64,000 bases of DNA from Lama glama (GCA_028534125.1 CM052817.1:80726001-80790000); one strand, 5' to 3'. Positions 1 to 13,480 are shown, counted from the stretch's first letter. The notes: a model not told the origin generated them from the sequence alone. A program made the numbers and translations.

Positions 1-1787
1 GAATCAAAACTTCTTTGCTTCTGGGGTGGAGAGAACAGTGGAGATAACATGATCTTTCTTTCTCTCGAATTCCAGTTGTGAAGAGTCAGACAGAGGGGTC
101 TGGGTGGAGCCGTGGGGCTCAAGATTTTCATCTGCAGCCCTGTTTGTACAAATCAGGTGTTGGGCTTTCCTTCCACATTTCCCCCATTTCTCCACGGCCT
201 ATGGACTTCAGTTCCCCCCTTTATATTGTACTTTTTTCTTTTATTTTGTCTTTCGAAATTCGTTCAAGTCATGTTGGTTTAGATCTTCTGGTGGTTGGCT
301 TATTCTTGACACTGACTTTGGCCAGCTTCTAAAAACTCTCCTAAGAGTAACGGCAAATGCAGTTACTATATGGACGATAAATGACAGAATGTGTCACTTA
401 AGGAGGCCTGGTAGATATCTGTTACTGAGAATTTAACACAATTACCTGTAATCATATTGGCAAAGCAGTTTCTTAGGGCCATCTGCTTATTTGTTAAAAT
501 GATTTTTAAAAATATATTGAGCCAGATGGTTTTAATTAGTATTTCACCTGCGTTGCCGTGTGTTTTTAAACTCTAAGGTGTATTTTATATTACCTGTGCT
601 CCCCATGCTGTTATCATCCTAGGGCGGGATCCCCCAGAGGAAAGGTATCTTTTTTTTTTAACTGAATCACTCTGCTCATTTTTGTTTGTTAAGAGAAAAT
701 ATCACTGTTTCTTATTAAAATATTAAATGAATGGTCACTTTACACCTGACTCTATAGAAGATGTTTAGGTAGCGGCATGAATCAAAGAAATGTTCCTGTG
801 TTTGCAGGGATTAATGTCATTAATGATATTTTCTTTTTTTTTAAATTTAATTTTCCCCAAAACAGAGTAAGATGGACACTGTCATGGTGAATGAAAAGGA
901 AAGTAGCAACAGGTGTACTCCCCATGCGGGGCAGTCCGAGAGGCGCAGGCAGGAAGGCGTCCGGGATGCAGCCAGCCCTGACTTCTTCTTTAACCCGCCG
1001 GCTTGAATGGGGCGTAGGTTGAGTGTGTCACCATTCCCGGTCCGTGGCTTCTTTAATGCCAGCCAGTTATTAGAACAGACAAGGCAATTCGGATAGGCCG
1101 TTATGTGATGTATTTATTGCCATGCTGACCAGATCAAGGACCACAGGAAAAGCAACAGTTCTGAGGTTTCCCAGAAGTTCTCAAACGTGCATCACTTTTG
1201 ACAACCGAATTTCAATATTTATGCATAACCATAAACACTCCTTCTTTGTTCCTACTCAAGATTTCACCCAAGTTCCTAAGCAGTACCTACGCTGGGACAT
1301 TTTGCCTACCCAGAAACATCAGTGGGATTACATGGTGGGGTGATTATAAAATCGGAGCCCCGGGAGTCCCTTTCCCTTACGCCTCTCTGATGACACTCGG
1401 TGTTGCGTTCAGCTGTGTGCTTCTCACTGTCCTTGTACCTTTTCTAATTTTGGATAGAGGCCCACTTTTCTTAGAACATGTTTTTGGGTTTTTTTACTTT
1501 TATTTTCTTGTTTTTAAAGTACTGTGATACCTACTTTTTATTATATTTTATTCTCTGTCAATGTCAGTTAAACATCAAGCTGAAAAATTAATGTGTGCTT
1601 TATATAATTAGCTTGAGTGTCTTTTTAATGTGTATTTAATAGAAAAGATGGGTGAACTAAGAATTGGCCCAGAGAATAACAATAGGACATAGAGAATTTT
1701 TAAGGTGAGAAGGGTATTATAGAAAAACAAAGTTGAAGGAAGAATACCAGAATGAAGGTGGAGAGAAGAACTGTAATCAGCCAACAG

Positions 1788-1789
<2 letters not shown>

Positions 1790-1819
<30 letters not shown>
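1790..1819. repeat. (GT)15 microsatellite
   Basis: Perfect GT dinucleotide run read directly. Confidence 0.97.
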
Positions 1820-1820
<1 letters not shown>

Positions 1821-2134
1821 TGTGTATTTGGCAGTGGTTGAGGGCCACTGGGCATAAAGGTAGAACATCTCTTGGACCCAGGGTTAACTTCCTTAGGGGA
1901 ATTTCCTTTTATTGTCTTCTTCAGATGAATAACCTTATCCTAATGCCTCTTCTGTAGCAAAATAATAGAAAGTATTTGAATAAAAAAATTGAAAAAGACC
2001 CCAAAGATAGAATCTGCATGTTTACCAGAAGAGCTGGAGGGAGATTGTTTAATGGTAAAAGAGAACAAAGTTTTCGAAAATATATTCTTTAGGAAATTAT
2101 TTCTATTCTCATCTATACCAAGCCAGCACCAAAA

Positions 2135-3495
2135 TGGGGACAGTAATTTATGTATCAAATTATCTAGTGAAAGTGCCTTTGAAAATCAGATTAAAGGTAC
2201 AGGTGACAGAATAGACATGCAGATCAATGGGGCAGGACAGAGGATCCAGGAATACAAATGACTGACTGATTTTGGACAAAGGTGCGGGAGCAGGCAGTGG
2301 AGAACAAGGGGACATAGCAGGTAATAAAATACGGATATGCATGTCTGTGTGGGCTGGAGCAACTGCACGTTCATCTGTAAAAATGATTCTTGAGCCATTC
2401 TTTGCATCATATATAAAAATTAAATCAAAATGGATCATAGAACAAAATGTGAAATTAAACCCACACAAAATTTAAAGAACATAGAAGAAAATATTTGGGA
2501 CCTTGGGTTACACAAAGATTTCTTAGATACAACATCAAAAGCATGATTTCTAAGAAAATATTGATAATTGTTCTTAATCAAAATTAAATACTTCTGCTCT
2601 TCAAAAGAATTCTCATTTAAAAGAAAATCCTGGGAAAAATATTTGCAAAACACATATCTGATAAAGAGCTAGTATCCAGAATATACAAAGAACTGTCAAA
2701 CTCAGTAATAAGAAAACAATCTAATAAAATAAAATAGGTACAATTTAAACAGAAATCTCACCAAAGAAACTACACGTGGCAAATAAGCACATTAAAAGAT
2801 AATATCAGTTGTTAGAAAAATGCAAATACCAATACCAAGTGTTGGTGAGGATGCAGAGCAACTAACACGCTCATACACTGCTGCTGGGAGTGCAAAAGCT
2901 GCAGTCACTTTGGAAAGTAGTTTGGCAATTTCTTATTGGTTTAAATGTACACTTACCATAAAACCTTCAGTTCTACTCTCAGGTATTTAAAAGTGAAATA
3001 AAAACTCATTGTCATGCAAAAATTTGTACCGTAACATTTATAGTAATCTTACTTACAATTGCCAAAACCTGGAAATAGCCCAGGTGTGTTTCAATGGTTA
3101 ATGGATAAATAAATTGTGATATATATCCATACGATGGAATACCACTCAAAAGTGAAAAGGAGCGAAATATATCAATGTGGACATGTTTCAGATGCATTAC
3201 ACTAAGTAAAAGAAGCCAGACTGGAAAGGCTATACATTCTGTGATTCCATTTGTATGACATGTCTGAGTAGGCAGAACCACAGAGACAATAACAATCAGT
3301 CGTTTTCAGGGACTAAGGGAGAGGGAGGAGTTTACTACAAAGGAGCAAAAGGAATTTTTTTGGGTGGTGAAAATGTTCTACACCTTCATTAAACTGGTGC
3401 TGCCATGACTGTATGCATTAGTCAAACCCATCAAAGCGTCAATTAAGAGTATGAAATTAAAGATATAATATCTTTAAAAAAGCAAAAACAAAACA
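2135..3495 (+). mobile_element. Old 5'-truncated LINE-1 (L1MB/MC-like): ORF2 3' end plus 3'UTR, with degraded A-tail
   Basis: Translation FFASYIKIKSKWI resembles L1 ORF2 PYTKINSKWI. L1M 3'UTR motif aaaagaagccagactggaaaggctatacattctgtgattccattt. A-rich tail at 3476-3495. Candidate TSD aagcc(a)agcaccaaaa at 2120-2134 and 3496-3511. Confidence 0.9.
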
Positions 3496-3511
3496 AAGCC
3501 AAGCACCAAAA

Positions 3512-4725
3512 AGTGATAAGCCATGTTCATGGATAAGAAGATCCAGTATCATAAACATGTTAATTTTTTTCCTGCAGTAGCGTTTTGATAGAGTTTAATC
3601 CTTATTAAAATCCCAAAATGGCAAGAAGGGGGTGGTAGAAATTGACAAGCTAAATCTAACATTTAAATAGAAATACAAAAATCCAAGAATAGCTGAAATC
3701 ATCTTGAAAAAGAAGAACAGAACCGAAGGACTTATATTATTAGATGTCATGTAATAGAAGAATTAAGCTAGAATAATTAAGACAATATGGTATTGGCTCA
3801 AGGATTGACACGTAGAACAAGGAAAGATTAACAGAACAGACTCCAGTGTATTATTATTTATTATGAAAATGACACTGCAGTTCAACATAGGGAAGAAGGG
3901 TCTTTTCAATAAATTAACACTGAGCAACTGGATGCTATATTTTAAAAAGGAAAGGGCATTTTAAGCCCTATCTCACACTATGCCCAATTATCAATTTCAG
4001 ATGGACTGTAGATCTAAGCATGAAAGATTAAACAATAAAGCTTTAGGACAAAGAAGGATAGTATCTTCTTGACCTTTGGCTAGGCAGACATCTACTAAGT
4101 TCGAGATAGAGAAGAAAATCAGTTAATTGGATCATATTAAAATTAAAACCCATTTTTCAAATATACAATTATGAAAATGAAAAGATAAGCTGAAGACTGG
4201 GAGAAAATATTTGTCATATGTCTTTCTGACCAAGGACATTTTTCCAGAATACGTAGAGAATTACTAAAAATAAAAAAAAAGACAATCCAATAGCTAAACA
4301 GACAGAAGGCTTGACCAGATACTTCATAAAAGTGAGTATCCAAATGGCTAATAAATCATGAGAATGTACTCAACATCACTGTTCATTCGGGGACTTGGAC
4401 TAAAACCACAATGGAACACTACTATACCTCCACTAGAAAGACAAATCAAGAGACAGTATCAAATGTTGTTAACACTGGAACAGGTGGAACTCTTATGGAC
4501 TGTTTATTATTGAGAGTGTGAATTGGTATAATGCTTTTGAAAAAATATTTGGTAGAATCTACTAGAGTTAACTATGTGCACAGTTTATGAGCCAGCAATC
4601 CCGCTCTAAGTATACATTCAAAGGAAATACGTACTTGCTAAAAGACAAGTATGAGCGTTCGTAGCAGCACTCCATAATGGAGTGTTGGAAAAAATTCAAA
4701 CATCCGTCAAAAAGATAATGAATTA
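3512..4725 (+). mobile_element. Older degraded LINE-1 ORF2/3' region
   Basis: ccatgttcatggataagaag...gaaattgacaagcta...gaatagctgaaatcatcttgaaaaagaagaac are typical L1 ORF2 segments; many stops and frameshifts. Confidence 0.85.
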
Positions 4726-5109
4726 TTAGACAACTCATGAGCCAGGTAAATAATCAGCATGGATCCACAGGAAGGCAGCTGGATAACAACAGTTCTTTGT
4801 GAACCTGGACATGATGTTGGTGCTAGAAGCCTGGGTCCCAGCTGAGAGCGTGGCTGGAGGCTTCAGGCTGTGAATTATCCTTTTATACATAAATGGCAGG
4901 GAAGCATTACTTATGTGCCACCTCTGTCTTTGTGAGGTATCTGCACCTCGTCTTTCAAATTTTTCTCCTAACAGTTTTCCTTTCATAGGGACAATACCAA
5001 GAATTGCAAGCACCCTGGCAGGCTAATAATATGGGGCCATTTAAACCAATTTTCTGTCCATCATTTATTTCATGGATTGAGAAGAACCAGATTCTGCTTT
5101 AATAAAAAT

Positions 5110-5372
5110 CATACTAAATGCTATGTGGCATCCCGGAGATCTTGGAATAGTAAACAGGCATTAGTGGAAAAACTGGTGATTTGAATCAAGTCTGTGGTTT
5201 GGTTAATCGTGTTGTACCAATGTCCACCTCTCAGTATTGACAAATGTACTATGTTTCTGCCAACGTTGACATTAGGGGAAACTGGATGAGTCTGTAAAGG
5301 GATTCTCTGCACTCTCTTTGCAATTTTTCTACAAATCTAAAATTATCCCAAAATAAAACAAAATGTTTAAAA
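5110..5372 (+). mobile_element. LINE-1 3' end fragment (L1MC/MD-like)
   Basis: ttagtggaaaaactggtga...ttgacaaatgtactatg...ctctttgcaatttttct...tctaaaattatcccaaaataaaa matches an L1M 3' terminus. Confidence 0.85.
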
Positions 5373-6444
5373 AATTTCAGCCTCCCAATTGTATGCCTTT
5401 ATCTTCAAAATTAAGAAATTTATTATACGTTCTGAACACAACATAACATTTTAACATCCTTAGAATTTTATTTTATTTCACAATTTTTCTGTCACTCATT
5501 AGTAGAGAATATTCACCAATGACACGCATTAAATATAGGAGAACCTTACATGGATATTATAAAGTCTCATAGAAAATACCCATAAGGGTTTTCTTCTCAC
5601 GCCTGGGTTATGTCAGCTAAACATCTGCAACATCTTTGTTTCTCTTACTCAGTTTTCTTTTGTGTGCTATTCTAACAGCTCAGAAAATACATTAAATAAC
5701 TGAACACAGATAATAGATTAAAAGTTTAAGATACGGGTTACATATGGAGGAAATTTTAGACAATATGAAAAATGTGTGAAAACATGAGTTCCAGAGAAAG
5801 AGCACTAGTAAATGAGGTCCCTGGCTGACAACATTGCTGCTTTTAGGTGTGCGCTCCCAGCATCTGTAGACATCACTGGTGCACGCCGAGAGGTTAGGAA
5901 GTTGTGGGACTGTGTAAATTGGCATTCACAACTTTATTTTGTCCTCCTACGAAAAATGTGTTTCCTGCTTGACCCAAGACGATGATGATGAGACTTTAGA
6001 TTTTAACTGAGTCAGATATTTATTTTGATGCAAGAGATTTTGAGGTCCTTACAGCCCACCCCCTAGGCAGTCTCTCACTCCGGACTGAGCCTCTGTGGAA
6101 AACACTGAGTGACGGGTGTAGAGAGACCAAGCACTGGATTTTGTCCCTGGGAGAGAAATCTCTTCCTACTTTGTAGACTGTGACAAGACACAAAAAGATG
6201 GGAAAACTCCGACCATCTTCAGACATAACTAGCTTTCATGCTGTCAATAGACAAGAGGAGAAGGGTATTCTGCCGCGTGGAGGTCTTGGACGCAGCCGCC
6301 ATTGTGTTAGGAACTCAACCCAATGACAGCTACATGTGTCTAATCTTTACTTCCACGTATTCTATTTCATGACCAAGAATATAAACTGGAATGACTGAGA
6401 AGAGAAATTATGAAGTCTGTCATTAATCTTAGTTATTCTTCCAT

Positions 6445-6670
6445 TGGGAGCAAAGATTTTGAGTCAAAAAGAGCTGGATTTTATCCTAGCTCTGCCATTT
6501 GCTTTATGACCTTGAGCAAGTTATCTACCCATCTGAGCTTCAGTTCCTTGCTTGTAAATTGGAGATGACAGGAATGTGTATTTCATAGGATTTTTTTTTT
6601 TTGTGTGGGGTAATGAGAGTAAAGTGCCAAGGCCAGTATGTGGCACATACAAACCCATGAGAGCCCATTA
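6445..6670 (+). mobile_element. MIR SINE
   Basis: Core tcctagctctgccatt...tgaccttgagcaagttat...ctgagcttcagtt...tgtaaattggagatga. Confidence 0.85.
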
Positions 6671-6835
6671 CATGTTGTCCCCATGCGCTTGGAGCTCTCC
6701 ACAGCACAGCTGAGAAACATGAACGGCTTCATATGGGCACAGACACATGCGTGTGCACTTACAGACCATGTTCCCAGACTTTGGCCACGTATGGAGTTCG
6801 CATGCCTTTTCTGACTTTCTCTGAGACCATATTCG

Positions 6836-6992
6836 TACTCCTCCTCCTCCCACCTCCTTCCTCCTCTCTTCGCCAATACCTTCCTTTTCTCCTTTTTCTT
6901 CCTTTCTCTTCCTTCTCCCTTCTCCTCCCCAACACTTTTCTTCTCTCCTCCTCCCCTCTCTCATCTTCTCTTCTTTCTCCCATTCCTCCTCC
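6836..6992. repeat. CT-rich low-complexity polypyrimidine tract
   Basis: ~155 nt almost exclusively C/T on the + strand; source of the R/E/G-rich spurious ORFs. Confidence 0.9.
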
Positions 6993-8313
6993 CGGGGTTT
7001 TCAGACCTCTTAACAACAGGTACGATGGAGAATGTGCACACACACACAAAGGCAACTCAGGTTAAAATCCAGTGCTTCACTGCATTGTAGAAAATTCCAG
7101 ACCTGCTTTCATTGTAAAAGCTGCCTAATGCTACATTAGAAGCGACCTTAGTCCTGAAGCAGCCTGCTGCCTGGAAGTAACACAGAAGCAAACAGGGATA
7201 TCCTTCCTCCAGCCAAAAGGGCCATTCAGAGGAGGAGGATGTCATGTCAACACTGCAGATGGAAGAACCCACACAGTTCCTTCTACGGCCACATGCTGGG
7301 CAGTTTTCAGAAACAGAATGGTAGCTGGTTACTTTGATCTGGTTTTTATTTTCCCACATAACTAAGGGTGCCCATCTCAATCTTAGGGGAATGAGGCAGG
7401 TTTTCTGAAATATTCTTATCCTCTGATTATTATGAAAGCTTCCATCATCCTCATTTCATTTTCTGGTTAATTTTGGTTACAAAACAGACACCTTTCCCTC
7501 CCAACCTCCAAAGCTAAACCATAAAGGAGATTACAGAGTTAGGACAAGGTCATGAGAGGAGAACATCCCATGTATAGAAGGGGAAAGGCGAAGGAGGGCG
7601 CCTTTGTGGGTTGACCAGTTGACCCGTATCTGAAGGCATCTTTAGGACTATGCAGCTTTAACTTCTGGAGCGCTTTTAAAACCCCAGATCTATTCTGAGC
7701 TCACAAAACTCTGACACTTATGTATCAGAAAAATTCTTAGTTCAGAAGAACTCGATTTATTCTCCAGTCTCTATAGCTGATTGCATTGTGAGCGCTGGCT
7801 GTACGTTGTTGCCCCAGTGGTGGGTGTGTGGGTGTCTCTTAGGTCTTCAGGAAGCACGCACTGCATGTTTGATAAGGGCTGAGTGATGGTGTATGCCTGC
7901 TTCTTGGTGCACGTGTCACATTTTAAAAAATTATCAAGTGTTAGATGTAATATTGCTCTTTAAGATCCTTACAGGTAATACAAATAGAGAAACTGAGACT
8001 ATTCAGGTGAGTAAAAATATAGACAACATATACTTGTAAAATACTTGACTTAACATCCAAGAAAACATGTGTTTTCAATAAGTGGGTGAGTGCAGAGGGA
8101 AAAAGTGCATGTTTAGCTGAGGTAGAGACAAGAGAGTAACTTGTCAGGAAGGGGGCACTTCCAATGCTAGAAAGTCGAGATGTGGGGAAAGTCCTCTGAG
8201 AAGAGAGAGCGTAGTGGCATGGATGGTGACTTGAGGGGGAGGCTCAAGTAGAGTGGGTACTCTGTCTAGACTGAGGGGGCTGATGGAACTACCTCTTGTT
8301 TGCTGGTAACACT

Positions 8314-8761
8314 TGTCAGACCCTCTTTGATGAATATCGTTTGGAGCCTAGATCCCCTTTAGATGAAATTCTGTCGCCCAGCCACTGGGAGAGCTGATCC
8401 CAGGTAGCCTTCAGCTGCCAGTCCCTTCAGGGACTTCCTCAGCTGCACAGAGCCACCGTGCCTAAGGTCTTTTCCAGTGTGGCCGGCACCACACCTAGTG
8501 ACTGATCAAGGATCAGGTTTACAAGTCCAGTCCCTTTGGCCTTACCTGGGGGAATTCTGATGGCTTATTTTAGCTCTGAAACCTGCTATGGGGTCAGCTA
8601 AAGCTGCTGTCAGGTCTCTATCAAAGCTCAATTTCCTCCTGCCCAGTCCTGCTTCCGTCCCTACCTTTCCACAGGTGCTGATCCTAAGAGCACTCTCTAA
8701 TAACTGTTCTACACTCTGACTCCATCTCACAGTCTACTTCTTGGAGAACCCACCTGTGACA
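8314..8761 (+). mobile_element. Solo ERVL LTR (LTR16-like)
   Basis: TG...CA ends, ~450 bp; 3' part acaggtgctgatcctaagagcactctctaataa...ctccatctcacagtctacttcttggagaacccacctgtgaca is characteristic of the LTR16 group. Confidence 0.8.
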
Positions 8762-8774
8762 CCCTTTCAGTCTT

Positions 8775-8955
8775 CTATGTTATTTAATCTTCCTAATAAC
8801 TCCCTGAGGTTGGTATTACTAGCTCTATTACACAGGTGAGAGGTTAAGACTTAGGTTAAATAACTCACCAGAAGTCAAGTCAAACACGCTGGCATCCACA
8901 TTTTGGTCTGTTTAGCTACAGTATCCATGCTCTTTTCAGTATATCATGCTGCCTG
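8775..8955 (-). mobile_element. MIR SINE
   Basis: tatttaatcttcctaataactccctgaggttggtatta...ttacacaggtgag...catgctcttttcagtatatcatgctgcct is antisense MIR. Confidence 0.75.
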
Positions 8956-10599
8956 CTGAAAGGGTTAGCAGTAGCCACACAGCTTCAGTCATGCACAGTA
9001 GAGACTGGGTAATTACTTGTGTGCCCACATTCAGTCAGTAGCTATTTACTAAATACTCACCAGTGTACCAGAAATTTTACAGTTATAAAAGGAAGAAACG
9101 TGAAATGTGAAATAGATTTGCTATTTAAACAAAAGATTTGTAGACACTGGAAAGATTCTTGTGTCTGCTCTGTAATGCCACTATACACGTCTAAGGTCAG
9201 CTCTGACAGCATCTTTGAAGATCAGCCTTTATCAGTCATATTTTCTGTAGGAATTATAGTGGCATATGAAAGTGAAACAAAAAAAAAGTGTTGTTTTGAA
9301 AGACTCAGTAAAGACATGTACTAAAAAAATTGCTGCCACATTAGTTATAACCAAAACAACTGTAAAATATCGGAAGAGGTTTTATATATCTAGGAAAGAT
9401 GTGTACTTATATTGCTTCTCAAATATATAAAAGTTTTCACTTTAAAGAGCACAAATGGAAATCTTAGATGCTGCATTTTGATTATGATTCATTCTGGAAA
9501 GAAAAAGAATGGTCTCATACCAAAAAAAAAAAAAAAATTGGCCCGACATCAAAAGATTGTCAAACAAGTATACATTTATATGTTTTGAGTTAGAACAAAA
9601 TATTTGAGGCATGTATGCATCATTTTTTTGTGATTCCCTACTTTAACCAACTTTTTTCTGTTGGCCACAGTTGCTGTTAAACTGAGTTTCTCCACTATGT
9701 TTATTAAGAACTTATATCCCCCAAATAGTATTTCTCATAAAGAATATATTCAATAAAAGTTTGTTATATGAGTGAATCATCCAAAAATATATGAGATGAA
9801 AATGATTTTATGAAACATATCGTGTAGAGTATATGCAAGTACCACGTGTAGATTTCTGTACAATTTCTAGTTTGCTTCATTGGGGGAAATATTCACCCGT
9901 TCTTCTGGAAGAAAAGATCACATCCGATCTTTCTTTGTCAGTGGCCTACTGAATGAACTTTGCTTTTTCACTCTTATTGTGTTTTTTAGAGAACCATTTA
10001 AAACAGTTATACAGTAAGGCAACACATTTAGAAAAACAACAGCTCAAATAACAGCAGAAACCTCCAAGTTACGAGCTAATGTTGATCAGAACCAAAACCA
10101 AAACAAGCTCTTAATCTCACACAAAACTGCAGCTATTTACCTTTTCCTGTAAATATACTTACCCTTAACCTGTAATTAACCGCTGCTTCACCCCGTCTTT
10201 TCTGTGTGACTTGTTGACTCCCAGATCTCTGGACAGTAATGACCTTCCTTTTATTGCAGGCTCATCATACTTTGCCATGTATGTGATATCTACTTTAAGA
10301 ATCGCTCCCTTTTTTAACATGCAACTATGTAAAGAGAGTGTGCTCTCCTGGCTTGCCCTGGGTTTGTATTGATTCTCCACACATAGTGGAGTGAGAAAGC
10401 AAACGTGATGCCACAGAACTGGGTTAGTCTTGGTGACCAAGTGGCTTGGGTTAAAGTCATTAGTTGGAATTCCTTGCTAAGTCTTTATGTTGTCTGACTG
10501 TAGGCACCACAGAGGGCTGAAGATACGTGATTTTGTGCAGTAGCGAGAGACCCCACGTGCCTATTGACGTTATTAGAGAGAAGATGATTTCCTTAAAGC

Positions 10600-10715
10600 G
10601 AATCAACAGTTTTTGAGTTAATATGTGTCAGGTGCTGTCTCAGATGCTAGAAGGTATATGGAGACATGGAGACATGTGATCAAAGGACTCATAATTTAGT
10701 TGAAGATACAGAGGA
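10600..10715 (-). mobile_element. L2 3' fragment
   Basis: tcaacagtttttgag...tatgtgtcaggtgctgt...aaggactcataatttagttg resembles the antisense L2 3' end. Confidence 0.6.
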
Positions 10716-10959
10716 GGGGCCCTGGCATTCCAGGATTGGCTGGGGAAGGGGCTGGGGGCTGAGGAGAAAAAGTTGAAAAAGCTGAATGTAGGAAATGTAG
10801 AAGCTCTTCAGAAAATAAGTAATAAATATTTTTGGTAAAGGTTCTTATAGAGGAAAGTAGATAAGATGATGCACTAAAGGAGGTTTTGGTCAGCTTAGAC
10901 AGTTGAGGTATAGAGAATATTGGTTTACAGATGAAGGAGCTTTAGCTTCAAAGCACACA

Positions 10960-11180
10960 TCTGGTTTTTTCAAATTGTGTCCATAGAACATAAATTTAGA
11001 AAGTTTTGAAGAGACATACTATTGGAGAGAGAGAGAAAAAAAAACAGTTCCAGAGGTAATTTCATTTGGCAAATATTAAGTATGGTTTTTTCTTTAGGAA
11101 TTATTAGTCTTTAATATATTAATATGTATTATAAATTTCCAAGAGAGTGAAAGATATAGTATATAATGTTTTATAAACCT
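10960..11180. mobile_element. hAT-Charlie-like DNA transposon (MER) fragment, subfamily uncertain
   Basis: ctttaatatattaatatgtattataaatttccaagagag...atatagtat resembles an internal motif of old eutherian hAT MITEs. Confidence 0.45.
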
Positions 11181-11834
11181 ATGGAAATGAAAAGTAAGGC
11201 TCAAAGAATCAATGTCTGGAAGGACAAATTGATGTGACCTGGTGACTGATTAAATACATGAAGAAAGAGTATAAACAAAAGTCAAAGATGTTGAAGATGA
11301 GAGATTGTAAAAAAATCTTTTTGCTATCTTAGTGCTGTCATTTGTCGAGCTGCTATTACATGACAGGTACTGAGAATAAGGGACTGGGACTCAGAAATTT
11401 AAGTAATTTGTCTAGGGTCATATGGCTAATAGGTGGTTGTCACAATCGTGCAATCACAGTGTACTGAAATGATTGATGGAGAGACACTAAAGACATAAGT
11501 GAAAGGATGTAAAGTTCCTTTAATCACAAAGGATGTAGAAACTTATGGTACCAATTACACAAAGCAGGAGGCAGCACACAGCACTCCCAGATGGAAGTAC
11601 AGGTGCAGCCAGTGCACGCTACACAGTGTGAGCTTTTGTTTTTTAAATCTATATGACTGTCTGCGAGTCACTGGTAAAAAATAATGCCTCCAAATTCTCG
11701 AGTGCTTATTGTGGAACCAGGTGAATAAAAGGTCAGTTTCCCAGAAACAGCATCTCATAAAAGGCACAAGCTGTAGGCCTATCCAAGGTCCATTCTTTCT
11801 GTTTTTTGGTCAGAGCAATGAATGTATTTATTTG

Positions 11835-12809
11835 TTTTTCAAATTGAAGTGTAGTTGGCTTAAAATGTGTTAGTTTATGGTGTACGGTGTAGTGATTCAG
11901 TTATACATGTATATATATTCTTTTTCATATTCTTTTCATTTAGGCTATTACAAGATGCTGAATAGAGTTCCCTGCGCTATATACAGTAGGACCTTGTTGT
12001 TTATCTGCTTTGTATATAGTAGTTTGTATCTGCTAATCCCAAACTCTTAATTTATCCTTCCTCCCTTTTCCCCTTTGGTAAATAAGTTTGTTGTCTATGT
12101 CTGTGAGTCTGTTTCTATTTTGCAAATAAGATCATTTGTGTCATTTTTTTAGATTCCACATATAAGTGATATCATATGGTATTTGTCTTTGACTTACTTC
12201 ACTTAGCATGATAATATCTAGGTGCATTTGTTTTGCTGCAAATGGCATTATTTCATTCTTTTTAATGACCAAGTAGTATTCCGTTGAATATTTGTATATA
12301 TATAATCTCACAACTTCTCAACTTCTTTATCTAGTCATCTATCCATGGACACTTAGGTTGCTTCCATGTCTTGGCTATTGTAAATAGTGCTGCTAGGAAC
12401 ATTGAGGTGCATGTATGTTTTCGAGTTAAAAGTTTTTTTCCAGCTATATGTCCAGAAATGGGATTGCTAGATCATAGGGTAAGTCTATTTTTAGTTTTTA
12501 AAGGCATCTCTGTACTATTTTCCATAATACCTGCACCAAAGTACATTCCCACCAACAGTGTAGAAGGGTACCCTTTTCTCCACACCCTCTCTAGCATTTA
12601 TCTTTTGTGCACTTTTTAATGATGGCCATTCTGACTGGTGTGAGGTGATAACCTCATTGTAGTTTTGATTTGCATTTCTCTGATAATTAGCAATAATAAG
12701 CATCTTTTTCTGTGCCTATTGGTCATCTGTATGTCTTCATTGGAGAAAACAAAAAAAGCAAACACCCCAGTCAAAAAATGGGCAGAAAACCTAAACAGAC
12801 ATTTCTCCA
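11835..12809 (-). mobile_element. Cetartiodactyl-type LINE-1 3' end with short 5' inversion
   Basis: Low-divergence antisense 3'UTR (agttccctgcgctatatacagtaggacc; ttagattccacatataagtgat) plus ORF2 C-terminal remnant ([12 protein letters not shown]). 12749-12809 is the next L1 segment in opposite orientation. Confidence 0.95.
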
Positions 12810-12824
12810 CTGACATTCATCCTT

Positions 12825-12900
12825 ATACATAGTAATTGGTAGAGCCAGGATTTAACTCCAGGTCTACTTTGTTTCAGAGCCCCAACTTTCCTCCTATACT
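12825..12900 (-). mobile_element. MIR fragment
   Basis: agtaattggtagagccaggatttaactccaggtct...tcagagccc. Confidence 0.7.
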
Positions 12901-13299
12901 TTGTTGATTTTGTGTACAGATAGAAGAATGGTGAAGCCATGAGAACACCGCTGCCTGCCTGTATTCCCAGTCCAGGTCTGCTGGAGAACTTGACTTCCTT
13001 TGCTCCATAGCTTGGGCATCAAACTTAACTTTGTTTAAGCCCCTGTGGCTTAACTTACTTTTTTTAGGTCCTCCATGCAAAAGGAAATTAGTACTACATG
13101 TTTTAAGGGATTCACTGGGTATCAGATCCCTGGTGGGTTGTTTAAAGCAGAGATTACTCTCTGGTTGTACATCTTTGTCTTATGCCCCTAGGGCTGTGGT
13201 GTTATGACATGTACAACCTATACTTGGCCAGAACAGACCCTTCCAAAGGAAGATCATCAAGATAAGTTTTGACAGTCACACTTCTGAGTCCTGACATGT

Positions 13300-13480
13300 G
13301 CTTCCCCATTTAACCTCACAGCAGTGGGATGAGGGATGATAGGATATATACTCTCAGCATCCTCCTTTTTAAAAAATCTAAGTAACAGAAAGAGTAAGTA
13401 ATTTTCTTGAGGTGACATACTTGGTAAATGGTAGAACTCAAAACCAGGGGGTGAAGCTTTGGACTCTGTGTTTTGAACTC
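13300..13480 (-). mobile_element. MIR SINE
   Basis: catttaacctcacagc...aagtaattttcttgaggtgacatacttggtaaatggtagaactc. Confidence 0.65.

Noticed and set aside
900..1100. CpG-richer patch
   Set aside because: Too short for a CpG island and no promoter architecture visible.
6583..7065. R/E/G-rich and L/S/P-rich ORFs
   Set aside because: Translations of the CT-rich low-complexity tract.
7975..8015. Strong donor CAG|GTGAGT
   Set aside because: Context looks MIR-like (gagaaactgagac) and no convincing acceptor defines an exon.
12371..12816. ORFs resembling hypothetical proteins
   Set aside because: L1 ORF2 3' remnants and their antisense translations.
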